DNA of 64,000 nt, from positions 1,295 through 65,294 of the forward strand of contig DGTC01000027.1 of NCBI GenBank assembly GCA_002394205.1, written 5' to 3'. How positions within the stretch are numbered: position 1 is the first letter of the stretch; every line of letters starts with the position of its first letter. The translations under genes were made by a program, and so were the position numbers. The stretch is from Lachnospira sp. UBA4346 (GTDB taxonomy: Bacteria; Bacillota; Clostridia; Lachnospirales; Lachnospiraceae). This document shows, in pieces, positions 30,578 to 42,753 of this stretch. The notes under the pieces were generated by a model that searched no databases, had not been told where the DNA came from, and saw only the letters and a program-made list of their open reading frames with translations.

Positions 30578-31063
30578 TCATCTGATTATATTATACTTTT
30601 CATAGACTCTGTCAATAATCTGAGCCGGAACAAATTTACGAATATCCCCACCATACATTGCCATTTCTTTCACGATACTTGAGCTCAAATAAGCATATTT
30701 TAAACTTGTATTTAAAAAGATTGTATCAATATCTGAATTTGCAACACGATTGGTCTGTGACATTGCTAACTCATATTCAAAATCTGTAACTGCACGAAGT
30801 CCACGGATAATTACCTGAACATTCTGCTCTCTGGCAAAGTCAACCAACAGTCCCTGAAAAGACATGATTTCTACATTTTCCAAGTCTTTCGTGACTTCTT
30901 TTAACATATTAACACGTTCCTCAACCGAAAACAACGGCTTTTTTGTGCTGTTATTTAATACACCTACAATCAAATGATCCGCCAGTTGCGCAGAACGACG
31001 AATAATATCAAGATGTCCTAACGTTACCGGATCAAAACTGCCTGGATAAATTGCTGATTTCAC
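30578..31063 (-). CDS. coaD: Pantetheine-phosphate adenylyltransferase
   Basis: Motifs [33 protein letters not shown]. Confidence 0.96.
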   Translation of the reverse strand: MKSAIYPGSFDPVTLGHLDIIRRSAQLADHLIVGVLNNSTKKPLFSVEERVNMLKEVTKDLENVEIMSFQGLLVDFAREQNVQVIIRGLRAVTDFEYELAMSQTNRVANSDIDTIFLNTSLKYAYLSSSIVKEMAMYGGDIRKFVPAQIIDRVYEKYNIIR

Positions 31064-31065
31064 AA

Positions 31066-31626
31066 CTACTCATCCCCTTTCAGTCTCAAAAAGAGATGTT
31101 TGTTTGTTTTATAATTTTTGATTTTATATACTTCATATCCCAATTCCGGAATATACGATAAATCTGCTTTTAATGCATCTTCAATAACCACAATCGTATA
31201 AGAATCAATAATTTTACTATTGCGTAATGCAATCAATGCTTCACGTTCTAAATCCTGATTATATGGTGGGTCCATATATACAATATCAAACACTTCCTGT
31301 CCTGACAAACGATTAATTGCAGATAATACATCCTGTTCCATAACCGTTGCCTTGTCCGCAAGTTTTGTAAATGCCAAATTCTCTTTAATACAGGCACAAG
31401 CCGCTTTATTATGTTCTACAAGTACAGCTTCCTTCGCACTACGGCTAAGTGCTTCTATTCCGATTGCACCACTTCCTGAATATAAATCCAAAAATCTGCA
31501 GCCATAAATATCTGCCTGTAAGATATTAAATAGTGTCTCTTTAATTTTATCTATTGTTGGTCTTGTCTCTAAACCTTCCAATGTCTTTAGCGGCAAACTT
31601 CTTGCTGTTCCAGCGATTACTCTCAT
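31066..31626 (-). CDS. rsmD: 16S rRNA m2G966 methyltransferase
   Basis: Motifs [22 protein letters not shown]. Confidence 0.93.
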   Translation of the reverse strand: MRVIAGTARSLPLKTLEGLETRPTIDKIKETLFNILQADIYGCRFLDLYSGSGAIGIEALSRSAKEAVLVEHNKAACACIKENLAFTKLADKATVMEQDVLSAINRLSGQEVFDIVYMDPPYNQDLEREALIALRNSKIIDSYTIVVIEDALKADLSYIPELGYEVYKIKNYKTNKHLFLRLKGDE

Positions 31627-31635
31627 AACTGTGTT

Positions 31636-32652
31636 TTATTCCTTCCATGAAATATTATGATTTGTTTCCATTTTCTTATTTCGAAGCATTAACTCCTGTA
31701 CTGCCGTTGCAGGATTCTCATCATGGAATAATACCTTATATACCTGCTCGACGATTGGCATTTCCACCTGATATTTCTGTGCCAACTGATACGCTGCCTT
31801 TGCAGAATACACTCCTTCAACAACCATTTGAACCTCTTCCATCGCCTGATCTTTTGTATATCCCTTTCCAATCAGAATTCCTGCCCGACGATTTCTGCTA
31901 TGCATACTGGCGCAAGTTACAATCAGATCCCCCATACCGGATAATCCGGAAAATGTCATCGGATCTGCTCCCATTGCAACGCCCAATCTTGCGATTTCCG
32001 CAATACCTCTTGTAATTAATGCTGCTTTTGTATTATCTCCATAACCTAATCCATCTGCAACACCTGCTGCAAGTGCAATTACATTTTTAAGAGAACCACC
32101 GATACAGATTCCTAACATATCCGGACTAATATAAACACGGAATACATCACTCATAAAAATATTCTGCAAATACTCTGCATCTGCCTTACGCTCTGCACCG
32201 ATTACACATGATGTAGGAATTCCACGTCCTACCTCTTCTGCATGACTCGGTCCTGAAAGGATGGCAACCGTCGCCTGCGGAATTTCCTGCTTAATAATCT
32301 GACACAGTGTCATTAACGAATCTTCTTCTATCCCTTTTCCTACATTTACGATATACTGATTTTCTTTTACATAAGGTGCTATCAGCTTCGATGTTGATCT
32401 GGTGTACGGTGATGCCACTGCCATAATAATTACATCTGCCGATTCTACTGCATCTTTGGTATCTGCTGTAAATGTAAGTTCTTCCGGCAAACGAACTCCC
32501 GGAAGACTTTTCTTATTTTCCCGTTCTGTTTGTAATATCTGAATCTCCTCTGGAAACACAGACCACACTTTTACATCATGCTTATTATTATTCAGCAGGA
32601 TTGCAAGTCCTAACCCCCAGCTTCCTGCTCCCATTATGCTGATTTTAGCCAT
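31636..32652 (-). CDS. gpsA: NAD(P)H-dependent glycerol-3-phosphate dehydrogenase
   Basis: Motifs GAGSWG, SGPSHAEEV, LKNVIA, GDLIVTC..SRNR. Confidence 0.95.
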   Translation of the reverse strand: MAKISIMGAGSWGLGLAILLNNNKHDVKVWSVFPEEIQILQTERENKKSLPGVRLPEELTFTADTKDAVESADVIIMAVASPYTRSTSKLIAPYVKENQYIVNVGKGIEEDSLMTLCQIIKQEIPQATVAILSGPSHAEEVGRGIPTSCVIGAERKADAEYLQNIFMSDVFRVYISPDMLGICIGGSLKNVIALAAGVADGLGYGDNTKAALITRGIAEIARLGVAMGADPMTFSGLSGMGDLIVTCASMHSRNRRAGILIGKGYTKDQAMEEVQMVVEGVYSAKAAYQLAQKYQVEMPIVEQVYKVLFHDENPATAVQELMLRNKKMETNHNISWKE

Positions 32653-32676
32653 TCTTCTCTCCTATTCTGTCATTTA

Positions 32677-33342
32677 TTATGCCTGTTCTGTATTCTTCGC
32701 ACCAATACGGCGTTCTGTTCCAGATAACAATCTCTTAATATTTGCGCGATGTCTGACAAAAGCCAATGCAGCCAACACAAATACAATTCCATATGCTTCA
32801 TAAAGTGCCATTCCTGACAGTGGAAGCCAACCCAACGTTCCATATATGACCATTTCAATAAAGAACGTGCTAACAAAGACAAGCGAACCTAAAGAAACAT
32901 ATTTTGAAATGATTGTAACGCCTCCAAATGTTAAAATCCCTAAAATTGTCAGAATCCAGCAATGCTTCGGAAATAAAAATAATGATAATACAACACCTGA
33001 TGTTGCTGCAATTCCCTTTCCGCCTTTGAATTTCAAATAAAACGGAAAGTTATGTCCTAATACAACACCAAAACCGCTGTATAAGAACAAAAGCATTTCA
33101 TTTTCACTTCCCCTGCCCACTGTAAAATGTACCAATAAAGCTGCAAATACTGCTTTAAATGTATCAATCAGATACGTAATAATTCCAGCTTTTTTGCCCA
33201 ATGTGCGGGTAACATTCGTCGTTCCGGCGTTGCCACTTCCATAATTTCGAATATCAATATGATGAAATCTGCCAAACCAGTAACCTGCCTGAAAGACATT
33301 TCCAAAAATATAACCAATGATTAGACATATTATACGTTCCAT
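32677..33342 (-). CDS. plsY: Glycerol-3-phosphate acyltransferase
   Basis: Motifs GSGNAGTTN, GHNFP, FKGGKGIA, HRANIKRL. Confidence 0.94.
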   Translation of the reverse strand: MERIICLIIGYIFGNVFQAGYWFGRFHHIDIRNYGSGNAGTTNVTRTLGKKAGIITYLIDTFKAVFAALLVHFTVGRGSENEMLLFLYSGFGVVLGHNFPFYLKFKGGKGIAATSGVVLSLFLFPKHCWILTILGILTFGGVTIISKYVSLGSLVFVSTFFIEMVIYGTLGWLPLSGMALYEAYGIVFVLAALAFVRHRANIKRLLSGTERRIGAKNTEQA

Positions 33343-33376
33343 ATAAGAACCTACCTCCATAGTATATCTGTCTTAT

Positions 33377-34699
33377 TTATTTTTCTTTTCGTTCGCGGTT
33401 AATAAAATGAATTGGCGTTCCTCTAAAGCCAAACGACTCACGAATTTTATTCTCTATATATCTCGTATATGAAAAATGCGTCAACTGCTTGTCATTAACA
33501 AACATAACAAACGTAGGCGGCTTTACAGACACCTGTGTCATATAGTAAATACGCAAACGCTTACCCTTATCTGAAGGTGGCTGCTGCATTGCTACCGCTT
33601 CTGTAAGAATTTCATTTAATACACCTGTCGGTACACGCAAGTTCTGACTTTCAATAATTGTATCAATTAATTCATACAATTTATTCAAACGCTGTCCTGT
33701 AACTGCTGAAATAAACAAAATTTCAGCATAAGACATAAATGACAATGTATCTCTAATGCGCTTTGTATGTTCATAAATCGTCTTATCATTCTTTTCGATT
33801 GCATCCCATTTATTTACTGCAATAATAATGCCTTTGCCACGTTCATGTGCAATTCCTGCAATCTTTGCATCCTGCTCCGTTACACCTTCTGTCGCATCAA
33901 TAACTATAACAACAATATCTGCACGTTCTACCGCCGCAACCGTTCGAATGATACTATAACGTTCGATATCCTCTTTGATTTTGTTCTTTCTGCGAAGCCC
34001 AGCCGTATCAATAAATACATATTCTTTTTTATTGTATACAACCGGTGTATCAATCGCATCTCTTGTAGTACCTGCAATGTCTGATACAATCACTCGGTTA
34101 TTTCCAATCAATCGATTAATAATAGATGACTTACCTACATTCGGCTTACCAACAATCGCAATCTTTGGTCTGTCATCTTCTTCCTCCTGAGCGGAATGTT
34201 CCGGAAAATGCTTAACAACTTCATCCAGCATATCTCCTAGTCCTAACTTAGAAGCAGCTGAGATTGGCATCGGATCACCAATTCCCAAATTATAAAATTC
34301 ATATACATCCGGCATGAACTTGTCAAAATTATCGACTTTATTTACAACAAGTACCACCGGCTTACGTGATCTGCGAAGCATATCTGCTACCTTTGCATCA
34401 GAGTCCACTAATCCTTGACGTACATCTGTCAGGAAAATAATAACATCTGCTGTCTCAATGGCAATTTCTGCCTGCTCACGCATCTGTGATAAAATAATAT
34501 CATTTGTTTCTGGCTCAATACCGCCTGTATCAATCAATGTGAATTCTTTATCAAGCCATGAAACTTCTGCATAAATACGATCCCTCGTTACACCCGGGGT
34601 ATCTTTTACAATTGAAATATCCTGTCCTGCCAGGTCATTAAATAGTGTTGACTTACCTACATTTGGTCTGCCAACTACTGCTACAATCGGTTTACTCAT
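33377..34699 (-). CDS. der: Ribosome biogenesis GTPase Der
   Basis: Two GxPNVGKS domains, with DTGG and DTAG; KH-like C-terminus. Confidence 0.96.
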   Translation of the reverse strand: MSKPIVAVVGRPNVGKSTLFNDLAGQDISIVKDTPGVTRDRIYAEVSWLDKEFTLIDTGGIEPETNDIILSQMREQAEIAIETADVIIFLTDVRQGLVDSDAKVADMLRRSRKPVVLVVNKVDNFDKFMPDVYEFYNLGIGDPMPISAASKLGLGDMLDEVVKHFPEHSAQEEEDDRPKIAIVGKPNVGKSSIINRLIGNNRVIVSDIAGTTRDAIDTPVVYNKKEYVFIDTAGLRRKNKIKEDIERYSIIRTVAAVERADIVVIVIDATEGVTEQDAKIAGIAHERGKGIIIAVNKWDAIEKNDKTIYEHTKRIRDTLSFMSYAEILFISAVTGQRLNKLYELIDTIIESQNLRVPTGVLNEILTEAVAMQQPPSDKGKRLRIYYMTQVSVKPPTFVMFVNDKQLTHFSYTRYIENKIRESFGFRGTPIHFINRERKEK

Positions 34700-34952
34700 T
34701 CTAATCTCCATTTCATAAAATATATCATTTCATAATCAGAAATCTATTCTGATTCATTGAGTTTCTAAATTTGGCTTTTGCCATATTGTGGGATTTTTAA
34801 CAATAAATATAAAGAAGCCTATAACCCCTTATAAATATTTATCACTGATAATCTATCATATCAGTTTAATTGCTTTTTGTAAAGTTCTATGCTATGATTC
34901 TTATACCATTTTGCATTATTACATCATAAAATGGTAGATTGGAGGACAATAC

Positions 34953-35843
34953 TTGAAAACAACGCACAACTGGATAAAAAAAGCAGTCTGCACGCTTACA
35001 ATTGCAGCAACCTGCATTACTGGTTTCTCTGCTCATACAGGTGCTGTATATGCCGCAGATGATGCCTCTTCTTACAAATTTGCAGATATTAATCTGGAAG
35101 TTACTGTACCTAATGACCTTGTTGCATTTACACGAAATGTAACATCCAACAACGCACATCTTGACCGTGTAGGTGTCGATGATGTTGAGGAATTACGTTC
35201 TTTGATGATTACAAATAATATTTATTTGGAGGCAATTCCTGAAAAAGATACGATCAGCTACGAAATTCTCATCAACGGAAAGACGGCTGATTCCTCTGCA
35301 AAAGACTTTAATGAATTAACCAATGATGAATTACAAAGCCAATTCGAACATTACGTAGCAGCTAGTGATAATATCCAAAATGAAAGCGTCTCTGAAACTG
35401 TCACGGTTTCTTCCATTTATAGCAATGGCACTACCTCGTATTTTGTCGTCGATGTTACTTCCGTAGCAAACAATATGGTTACGACCCATGTTCAAAAATA
35501 CTACACCGTAATGCTCGGAACTGCTATCACATATACACTACAGACAAACGAGTCAGCCATTTCTTCTGATATGGCATCAAAGTTACAAAACATCGTGGAC
35601 ACTGCTAAGTATCAAAAAATGAAAAAATCCATTTTGGATAACCAATTTGTGTCAGAAATATCTGCTACGATTGTTACACTTCTTATTCCAATATGTATTT
35701 TGGCATTGATTGTATTCTTCCTGCAAAAGAGTACGAAAAAATCAAAAAAACAGATTGCAGCCGATGAAGCTCGATTACGTGCCCAATATGCAGAAGAAGC
35801 CAAACGTGCTGCATCCGAGCAGCCAGACAAAACCAGCAAATAG
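34953..35843 (+). CDS. Hypothetical secreted protein with a C-terminal membrane anchor
   Basis: GGAGG RBS and TTG start, signal peptide ending VYA, C-terminal transmembrane segment and basic tail. Confidence 0.75.
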   Translation: MKTTHNWIKKAVCTLTIAATCITGFSAHTGAVYAADDASSYKFADINLEVTVPNDLVAFTRNVTSNNAHLDRVGVDDVEELRSLMITNNIYLEAIPEKDTISYEILINGKTADSSAKDFNELTNDELQSQFEHYVAASDNIQNESVSETVTVSSIYSNGTTSYFVVDVTSVANNMVTTHVQKYYTVMLGTAITYTLQTNESAISSDMASKLQNIVDTAKYQKMKKSILDNQFVSEISATIVTLLIPICILALIVFFLQKSTKKSKKQIAADEARLRAQYAEEAKRAASEQPDKTSK

Positions 35844-35882
35844 ATTTTATTTTTATACATAATTCATACAAAACACTTCATT

Positions 35883-35931
35883 AAACCTCTTTCATAAATA
35901 ACGGATGTCTCCAAATTTATGAAAGAGGTTT
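35883..35931. terminator. Intrinsic terminator
   Basis: AAACCTCTTTCATAAAT...ATTTATGAAAGAGGTTT followed by Ts. Confidence 0.75.
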
Positions 35932-36005
35932 TTCTATCTTTTATAACAAAAGTCTCTCCCAGCGACATTCATACGCTACGTTGTAAATGAAATGCCACAT
36001 AAATT

Positions 36006-36056
36006 AAAAAAAGATTTCAGACTTAAAAGCATTAAACTTTCAAATCTGAAATCTCT
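36006..36056 (-). terminator. Terminator of rny
   Basis: AGATTTCAGA...TCTGAAATCT with a T-run on the minus strand. Confidence 0.6.
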
Positions 36057-36091
36057 CTCAATTCATTTTAATGTGTGTAGCAGCGACTACT

Positions 36092-37642
36092 CTATTTCGC
36101 ATAGTCAACCGCACGTGACTCTCTAATCACACTTACTTTAATCTGGCCAGGATATTCCATCTGATCTTCAATCTGCTTTGAAATATCTCGTGCCATAAGT
36201 ACCATATCTGAATCACTAACAACTTCAGGAACTACCATAACTCGAATCTCTCTACCGGCCTGAATAGCAAATGATTTATCAACTCCCTTAAAGGAATTGG
36301 TAATATCTTCTAATTGTTTTAGTCTGTTTGTATACGTTTCTAATGTTTCACGTCTTGCACCAGGTCTTGCAGCTGAAATTGTATCAGCAGCCTGTACTAT
36401 ACAGGCAATCAAGCTCTCTGGTTCAACATCACCGTGATGTGCCTCTACTGCATTGATTACAATCGCAGATTCTTTATACTTCTTACAAAGATCTACACCA
36501 ATCTGAATATGTGAACCCTCCATCTCATGATCGATAGATTTACCAATATCATGCAATAAACCTGCACGCTTGGCCAGCTTCACGTCTACGCCGATTTCTC
36601 CGGCCAAAAGACCTGATAACTGTGCAACCTCAATAGAATGTTTTAATGCATTCTGACCATAGCTGGTTCTAAAACGCATTCTACCCAACAACTTAACAAG
36701 TTCCGGATGAATACCATGTACACCAACTTCAAGGGTTGCTGCTTCACCTTCTTCTTTAATCAATACTTCGACTTCTTTTTGGGCTTTTTCAACCATTTCC
36801 TCAATTCTTGCCGGATGAATTCTTCCATCAAGAATTAACTTTTCAAGGGCAATTCTTGCCACTTCTCTTCTGATTGGATCAAATCCCGATAAAACGACTG
36901 CCTCTGGTGTATCATCAATAATCAACTCAACACCTGTTAATGTCTCTAAAGTACGAATATTACGTCCCTCTCGTCCAATAATACGGCCTTTCATTTCATC
37001 ATTTGGAAGCTGAACAACTGAAATTGTTGTCTCTGCCACATGATCCGCAGCACAACGCTGAATTGCTGTAACAACATATTCCTTTGCCTTCTTATCCGCT
37101 TCCTCTTTGGCTCTGCTCTCTAATGTTTTAATCATTACGGCAGTGTCATGTTTCACTTCGTCTTCAACAGTCTTTAATAGATATTCTTTTGCCTGTTCGG
37201 AGGTTAGTCCTGAGATTCTTTCAAGTTCCTGCTGTCTCTGCTGTCCTAATTCATCAACCTTCTGCTTCATCTTACTAAGTTCTTCTTCTTTCCTAGTAAT
37301 GTTCAAGTCACGTTTTTCAACAGCCTCAATCTTCTTGTCAAGAGTTTCTTCTTTAGCCAAGACACGCTTTTCATATCTTTGTACTTCAGCACGTCTCTCT
37401 TTCGTCTCTTTATCAAGCTCATTTTTCGTACGAATAGACTCCTCTTTTATCTCTAAAAGTGATTCTTTCTTCGTAGTCTCTGCTGTCTTCAATGCTTCAT
37501 CTATTATTTCTCTGGCTTTATCATCCGCATTGCCAATCTTGGCATCATACATCTTCTTCTGCATAGAAGCTGATAAAAACCATGTAATAGGTGCGACTAT
37601 CACTAATGTAGCAAGTATAGCTATAATGATAATGACTGACAC
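36092..37642 (-). CDS. rny: Ribonuclease Y
   Basis: N-terminal transmembrane segment and coiled coil, KH motif [13 protein letters not shown] motif LLHDIGK. Confidence 0.96.
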   Translation of the reverse strand: MSVIIIIAILATLVIVAPITWFLSASMQKKMYDAKIGNADDKAREIIDEALKTAETTKKESLLEIKEESIRTKNELDKETKERRAEVQRYEKRVLAKEETLDKKIEAVEKRDLNITRKEEELSKMKQKVDELGQQRQQELERISGLTSEQAKEYLLKTVEDEVKHDTAVMIKTLESRAKEEADKKAKEYVVTAIQRCAADHVAETTISVVQLPNDEMKGRIIGREGRNIRTLETLTGVELIIDDTPEAVVLSGFDPIRREVARIALEKLILDGRIHPARIEEMVEKAQKEVEVLIKEEGEAATLEVGVHGIHPELVKLLGRMRFRTSYGQNALKHSIEVAQLSGLLAGEIGVDVKLAKRAGLLHDIGKSIDHEMEGSHIQIGVDLCKKYKESAIVINAVEAHHGDVEPESLIACIVQAADTISAARPGARRETLETYTNRLKQLEDITNSFKGVDKSFAIQAGREIRVMVVPEVVSDSDMVLMARDISKQIEDQMEYPGQIKVSVIRESRAVDYAK

Positions 37643-37691
37643 AGGAGCACCTCCTTATTTAGTTTTCATTGTACAAACATACAATAATATA

Positions 37692-37720
37692 ATTCTATAC
37701 TGAAATATATTAAATGTCAA
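37692..37720 (-). promoter_or_regulatory. Sigma-A promoter of rny
   Basis: TTGACA-17 bp-TAGAAT; the -35 overlaps the recX stop codon. Confidence 0.65.
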
Positions 37721-38379
37721 GAAAAAGAAGTATTATAACGCTCATTGACAATAATATCAAGTGCTTTTTTGATATTATCTGATTGGTAACCTTTCCGGTA
37801 AAAATATCCCATTAGTTTTGTCTTATCTGCATATTCGGAAAGGTTATATTTTCCTGCTTTCTTACGCATTTGAACAACTAATTGATCTACTTCTGTATCC
37901 CCATGCATTTCATAATATTCTTCATAAACAGCTTCTACGGTTGCCTTATCAATTCCCTTTCTGCCCAAAAACTGCATAATTTGCATTTTACTCTTATTCG
38001 GTGCTTGAAATGTAATATAATTTTCAACATATCGCTTATCATTCAGATAGCCAAATCGAGACACATAATCCACTGCCTGTTGAATACATATATCCGGATA
38101 ATACGCATCTTTCAACTTTTTCTCTAACTCATATTGCGTATAATCTCTGGATTCCAGCAAATGCATTGTTCTGACAATTGCTCTTTTTGATAATACCTCC
38201 GTAATAATCTCCTGATATACATCATTTGGGATATTTATATCCTTCTTTATCCCGTATTTCCGAATTTCACTATTATAAAGTGCAAACACAGGCTCATTGT
38301 TAATTTCAACTAACCTGCGCTTACTGTTTATATCACGAATTGCGGTAACAGGATATTCTATATACTGCCCATCGCTCAT
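37717..38379 (-). CDS. recX: Regulatory protein RecX
   Basis: Motifs RDYTQYEL, GYLNDKRY, RKGY. Directly downstream of recA. Confidence 0.88.
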   Translation of the reverse strand: MSDGQYIEYPVTAIRDINSKRRLVEINNEPVFALYNSEIRKYGIKKDINIPNDVYQEIITEVLSKRAIVRTMHLLESRDYTQYELEKKLKDAYYPDICIQQAVDYVSRFGYLNDKRYVENYITFQAPNKSKMQIMQFLGRKGIDKATVEAVYEEYYEMHGDTEVDQLVVQMRKKAGKYNLSEYADKTKLMGYFYRKGYQSDNIKKALDIIVNERYNTSFS

Positions 38380-38513
38380 AACAAACCGATTTCCTCAACT
38401 ACTCTATTCCATCTTGTATATAAATCTTCAAATTCAATATTTATATATTCAATATTCATATACACACTATAATACTTTATTTATAGTCTGCGAAGCACCT
38501 TATACAAATGAAA

Positions 38514-39578
38514 TTATTCTTCATCCTCTGCTGCATCATCTGTTGTGACAGCATCTTCTGCATTGTCTGCCACCTGTGCAAACTCGCCAATCTGATAATG
38601 CATACGAACCTTTGTATCAATTTCTTTCATAATATCCGGATGTGTATTCAGGAACTGCTTTGCATTCTCACGTCCTTGTCCAATCTTTTCATCATTGTAT
38701 GCAAACCACGCACCACTCTTCTGTACAATACCAACATTTGCTGCAAGATCCAGAATATCTCCTTCTTTAGAAATTCCTTTACCAAACATAATATCAAATT
38801 CTGCTTCCTTAAATGGTGGTGCCACCTTATTTTTAACAACCTTTACTCTTGTTCTATTACCGATAACTTCTCCACCCTGCTTAAGCGTCTCAATTCTACG
38901 AACATCCATACGTACTGATGAGTAAAACTTTAACGCACGTCCACCGGTTGTTGTTTCCGGATTACCAAACATAATACCAACCTTTTCACGTAATTGGTTA
39001 ATAAAGATAACAACGCAGTTATTCTTACTTACTACTGGCGTCAACTTACGCAGAGCCTGTGACATTAATCTCGCCTGCAAACCAACATGAGAATCCCCCA
39101 TATCACCATCAATTTCTGCCTTTGGTACCAATGCAGCCACTGAATCGACAATGACAACATCAACAGCACCTGAACGTACCATCGTCTCTGTAATTTCCAA
39201 AGCCTGCTCTCCACTGTCCGGCTGTGAAATATACAAATTATCAATATCTACCCCGATATTCTTTGCATATACGGGATCTAAGGCATGTTCTGCATCAATA
39301 AAACCTGCAATTCCGCCACTCTTCTGAACTTCTGCAACAATGTGTAAGGCAACCGTTGTCTTACCACTTGATTCCGGTCCATAAATCTCAATAACTCGTC
39401 CCTTCGGTACACCACCTAAACCAAGTGCAATATCAAGGCTCAAAGAACCTGTCGGAACAGACTCAACATTCAAATTCTTGCTCGCATCTCCAAGCTTCAT
39501 AACGGAACCCTTACCAAACTGTTTCTCAATATTAGAAATCGCAGCATCTAATGCTTTTAACTTATCATCTTTTAACAT
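38514..39578 (-). CDS. recA: Recombinase RecA
   Basis: Motifs [25 protein letters not shown]. Start placed at ATG 39578. Confidence 0.97.
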   Translation of the reverse strand: MLKDDKLKALDAAISNIEKQFGKGSVMKLGDASKNLNVESVPTGSLSLDIALGLGGVPKGRVIEIYGPESSGKTTVALHIVAEVQKSGGIAGFIDAEHALDPVYAKNIGVDIDNLYISQPDSGEQALEITETMVRSGAVDVVIVDSVAALVPKAEIDGDMGDSHVGLQARLMSQALRKLTPVVSKNNCVVIFINQLREKVGIMFGNPETTTGGRALKFYSSVRMDVRRIETLKQGGEVIGNRTRVKVVKNKVAPPFKEAEFDIMFGKGISKEGDILDLAANVGIVQKSGAWFAYNDEKIGQGRENAKQFLNTHPDIMKEIDTKVRMHYQIGEFAQVADNAEDAVTTDDAAEDEE

Positions 39579-39610
39579 ACTTATCTCCATTCTTTTATTA
39601 AACGTCTTAT

Positions 39611-39682
39611 GAACATTTGTTCGTTACAGATATGTTATACTATTTTTTCATATCTGTCAAGAACAAAACGAATGTTTGTTCG
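39611..39682. promoter_or_regulatory. Two LexA (SOS) boxes at the recA promoter
   Basis: GAAC-ATTT-GTTC at 39611-39622 and CGAATGTTTGTTCG at 39669-39682 flank a TTGACA at 39655-39660 on the minus strand. Confidence 0.8.
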
Positions 39683-39945
39683 TTTTTCAATCGTAATATT
39701 TTACATTTTATCTATTCGTTATATTGTACTGGAATGATAATAATATACCACAACTCTCCTCATCTGTAAAGTGTTAATATAGTATTTATATTATATTAAA
39801 ATATTTCATATCATTTAAAATAATTCAATATTTCTAATATGCAAATACATTTGCAACATCATAAAATAAACCGAAAGAACACGCTTGAAACATCTTCTTT
39901 CGGTCTATAACATTATCCATACATATCATTAATATATCTGATTAC

Positions 39946-40494
39946 TTATTTTGCAGCACCTGTTGTAAACACTTTATAATTCTTAACAATGTAATCAACT
40001 AAAGATACCACTGTCAAAATTAACGAAACATATATTAAAATATTACTGAGAATATCAATATATGGAATATCCAAATTCAACGTCAATACAATAATCATAA
40101 TCATCTGAAATGTTGTCTTGAATTTTCCCCAGTAACTGGCAGCAATCACCACCCCATTGTCAGACGCAATTAAACGGAAACCGCTAATAATAAATTCTCT
40201 GGCAATAATAATAATTACAATCCATGCTGCTATCTGTTTTAAATCAACCAATGCAATCAGTGCAGAACATACTAGCAGCTTATCTGCCAATGGATCCATA
40301 AACTTACCAAAATTTGTTACAAGATTATATTTTCTGGCGATTTTTCCATCTAACATATCCGTAAGGCTCGCCACAATAAAAATAACCGTGGCTATAATTC
40401 TCGATGTCTGCCCACCCAAATCTAAATATAAGAATACCAGATAAATGGGTATCATTATCGTTCTTAAAATTGTCAATCTGTTTGGTAAGTTCAT
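39946..40494 (-). CDS. pgsA: CDP-diacylglycerol--glycerol-3-phosphate 3-phosphatidyltransferase
   Basis: Motifs MNLPNRLT and TDMLDGKIAR...GKFMDPLADK. Confidence 0.95.
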   Translation of the reverse strand: MNLPNRLTILRTIMIPIYLVFLYLDLGGQTSRIIATVIFIVASLTDMLDGKIARKYNLVTNFGKFMDPLADKLLVCSALIALVDLKQIAAWIVIIIIAREFIISGFRLIASDNGVVIAASYWGKFKTTFQMIMIIVLTLNLDIPYIDILSNILIYVSLILTVVSLVDYIVKNYKVFTTGAAK

Positions 40495-40535
40495 TCTCTC
40501 CTCATTTCCGTATAATATTTTACTATTATACTGAT

Positions 40536-41870
40536 TTATTTTGTTTCGTCAGCCAATTCTCCAATTAAATCATATTCCATAGCTCCCGTGATATGCACGT
40601 GAACAATTTGACCTGACATTAACTGAGCTGATGTATTTATAAAAACATAACCATCAACATTTGGTGCATCCTTGTATGATCTGCCAACATATGCGTCATC
40701 TTCATCCAGCTTTCCTTCAATCATTACATCAACATATCTTCCAACCATCTCTTCTGATTTATCCAAAGAAACTTCCTGCTGTAATTCCATCACTCTGTCT
40801 CTGCGTTCTTCTTTTACTTCTTCTGCAATCTGATCTTCCATTGTTGCAGCCGGGGTTCCTTCTTCCGGCGAATATGTAAACACACCTAAGCGGTCAAATT
40901 CCATCTCATCTACAAAAGAAAGCATCTCTTCCACATCTTCTTCTGTCTCTCCTGGAAATCCGGTGATTAACGTTGTACGAAGTGCAATATCCGGAATATT
41001 CTTGCGAAGTTTTGCAACAATATCTCTTATTTCCTGCTGATTTGTTCTTCTTCCCATACGTTTCAGAATTCTATCACTCGCATGCTGAATCGGCATATCA
41101 AGGTAATTACAAACTTTTGGTTCTTCTTTAATTGTCTGAATCAGTTCATCTGTAATTTCTTCGGGATAACAATATAAAATACGAATCCATTCCAAATCTT
41201 CTATTGCACATAACTTATGCAACAAATCCGGCAATGCTTTCTTTCCATATAAATCTGTTCCATAAAGTGTTGTTTCCTGTGCTACAAGAATCAATTCCTT
41301 TGTACCATTCTGAACAAGGTATTCTGCCTGCTCTACAAGATACTCCATCGGATAGCTTCGATAATTACCACGTACTGTCGGAATAATACAATATGTACAA
41401 TGTTTATCGCAGCCTTCAGATATCTTCAAATATTCATAATACCCTCCAGTTGTGACAATTCTGTGATTTTTTACCTGTGGAAGTCTGTCAGCCTGTTCTA
41501 CACAACTATATCCTTTTCCTTCCAGCACGGAAAGCACAACCTCTGCAACTTTATCATAAGAAGATGTACCAAGCAGTGCATCAACTTCTGGAATCTCTTT
41601 GAGTATCTCGTCTTTATAACGATGTGCAAGACAACCGGAAACAATAAGAGCCTTACACTTTGCATCTTTTTTACGTTCCGCCATTTCTAAAATCGTATCA
41701 ATACTCTCCTGTTTTGCATCACCGATAAAGCAACAGGTATTGACAGCAATCACATCTGCCTGTGTATCGTCATCTGTAAACTCAAATCCTCTATCTTTAA
41801 GAATTCCAAGCATATTTTCTGTGTCTACCAGATTCTTATCACAACCTAGTGATATAAACATTATTTTCAT
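40536..41870 (-). CDS. rimO: Ribosomal protein S12 methylthiotransferase
   Basis: Motifs SLGCDKNLVD and EGCDKHCTYC; TRAM-like C-terminus. Confidence 0.94.
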   Translation of the reverse strand: MKIMFISLGCDKNLVDTENMLGILKDRGFEFTDDDTQADVIAVNTCCFIGDAKQESIDTILEMAERKKDAKCKALIVSGCLAHRYKDEILKEIPEVDALLGTSSYDKVAEVVLSVLEGKGYSCVEQADRLPQVKNHRIVTTGGYYEYLKISEGCDKHCTYCIIPTVRGNYRSYPMEYLVEQAEYLVQNGTKELILVAQETTLYGTDLYGKKALPDLLHKLCAIEDLEWIRILYCYPEEITDELIQTIKEEPKVCNYLDMPIQHASDRILKRMGRRTNQQEIRDIVAKLRKNIPDIALRTTLITGFPGETEEDVEEMLSFVDEMEFDRLGVFTYSPEEGTPAATMEDQIAEEVKEERRDRVMELQQEVSLDKSEEMVGRYVDVMIEGKLDEDDAYVGRSYKDAPNVDGYVFINTSAQLMSGQIVHVHITGAMEYDLIGELADETK

Positions 41871-41994
41871 TCAAAATCTCCTAATCTATTTCCTCTTTCT
41901 TTATAGTATTTCTATCCATTATCACATAAACATAATATTTTTACCACCAATATTTTATAAAATAATCATAAAAGTACTTAATTATCTGCATACT

Positions 41995-42753
41995 TTAAGG
42001 AGTTGTTGAACGCACCCATAAAGATTCTACAAAACGATTTGCAAGCATATTCCAATCATACTTTCCTGATATAGAATCTTTTAAAACATTTGCCTGCTCA
42101 AGCATATACTCTACAATGCGCGTCGAATCCGAAAGGGCAATCGGTGTTGTAAAATTAGAATGAAATACAAAATAAAAATACCCACCACAAACTAAAATTC
42201 CTGATAAAAATAGAATATTGCTAATCCATCCATTGGACTTACATAAGTTTAATGATATTCCTTTCTTCAATGGATACCACACCCGCACTTCTTTTTTATT
42301 TAACATATCTAACATAATATGCGAAACAAATGCAATCGCAAACGGCAACATCATGTCCGGGAAAATATAGTATACAATCAGACTAAATGAAAATACTCCA
42401 ATCGCAGAATGCATGAATGATCGATGCGGAAGTTCTTTACAGATAATACAGGCCACAATGAACACTGCCATACCGGATATAAAATGATAAACGGAGCTCT
42501 GCTCAAGTATTAGATTTAAAATATTCATCTGAAAACGATAATTGATAAATCCTTCAATAACCATAAAGAGCACAACAATTCCAAGCACACGATTTACAAC
42601 ATCGCGTGCATTGGATGTTTTTACGTCTATATCGCTAATAACTGAGCCAATTAACGCACCTCCAATGCAGGTCGCGACCGCTGGTAGCGTCATTGGTCTT
42701 AATACTATCAGTGTTGCCGCCATTCCGACAGACAAATGTGTTCTTCCCGTCAT
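41995..42753 (-). CDS. YdjM-like membrane metal-dependent hydrolase
   Basis: Motifs MTGRTH, SDID, HRSFMHS, SHIMLD. Confidence 0.85.
   Translation of the reverse strand: MTGRTHLSVGMAATLIVLRPMTLPAVATCIGGALIGSVISDIDVKTSNARDVVNRVLGIVVLFMVIEGFINYRFQMNILNLILEQSSVYHFISGMAVFIVACIICKELPHRSFMHSAIGVFSFSLIVYYIFPDMMLPFAIAFVSHIMLDMLNKKEVRVWYPLKKGISLNLCKSNGWISNILFLSGILVCGGYFYFVFHSNFTTPIALSDSTRIVEYMLEQANVLKDSISGKYDWNMLANRFVESLWVRSTTP

Noticed and set aside
35844-36091. Possible ncRNA between the convergent genes
   Set aside because: Two terminator hairpins explain the structure, and I saw no recognisable RNA family motif.
37107-37703. 198-aa + strand ORF
   Set aside because: Antisense to the rny coiled coil; its Ser/Phe-rich composition is an artefact of Glu/Lys codons.
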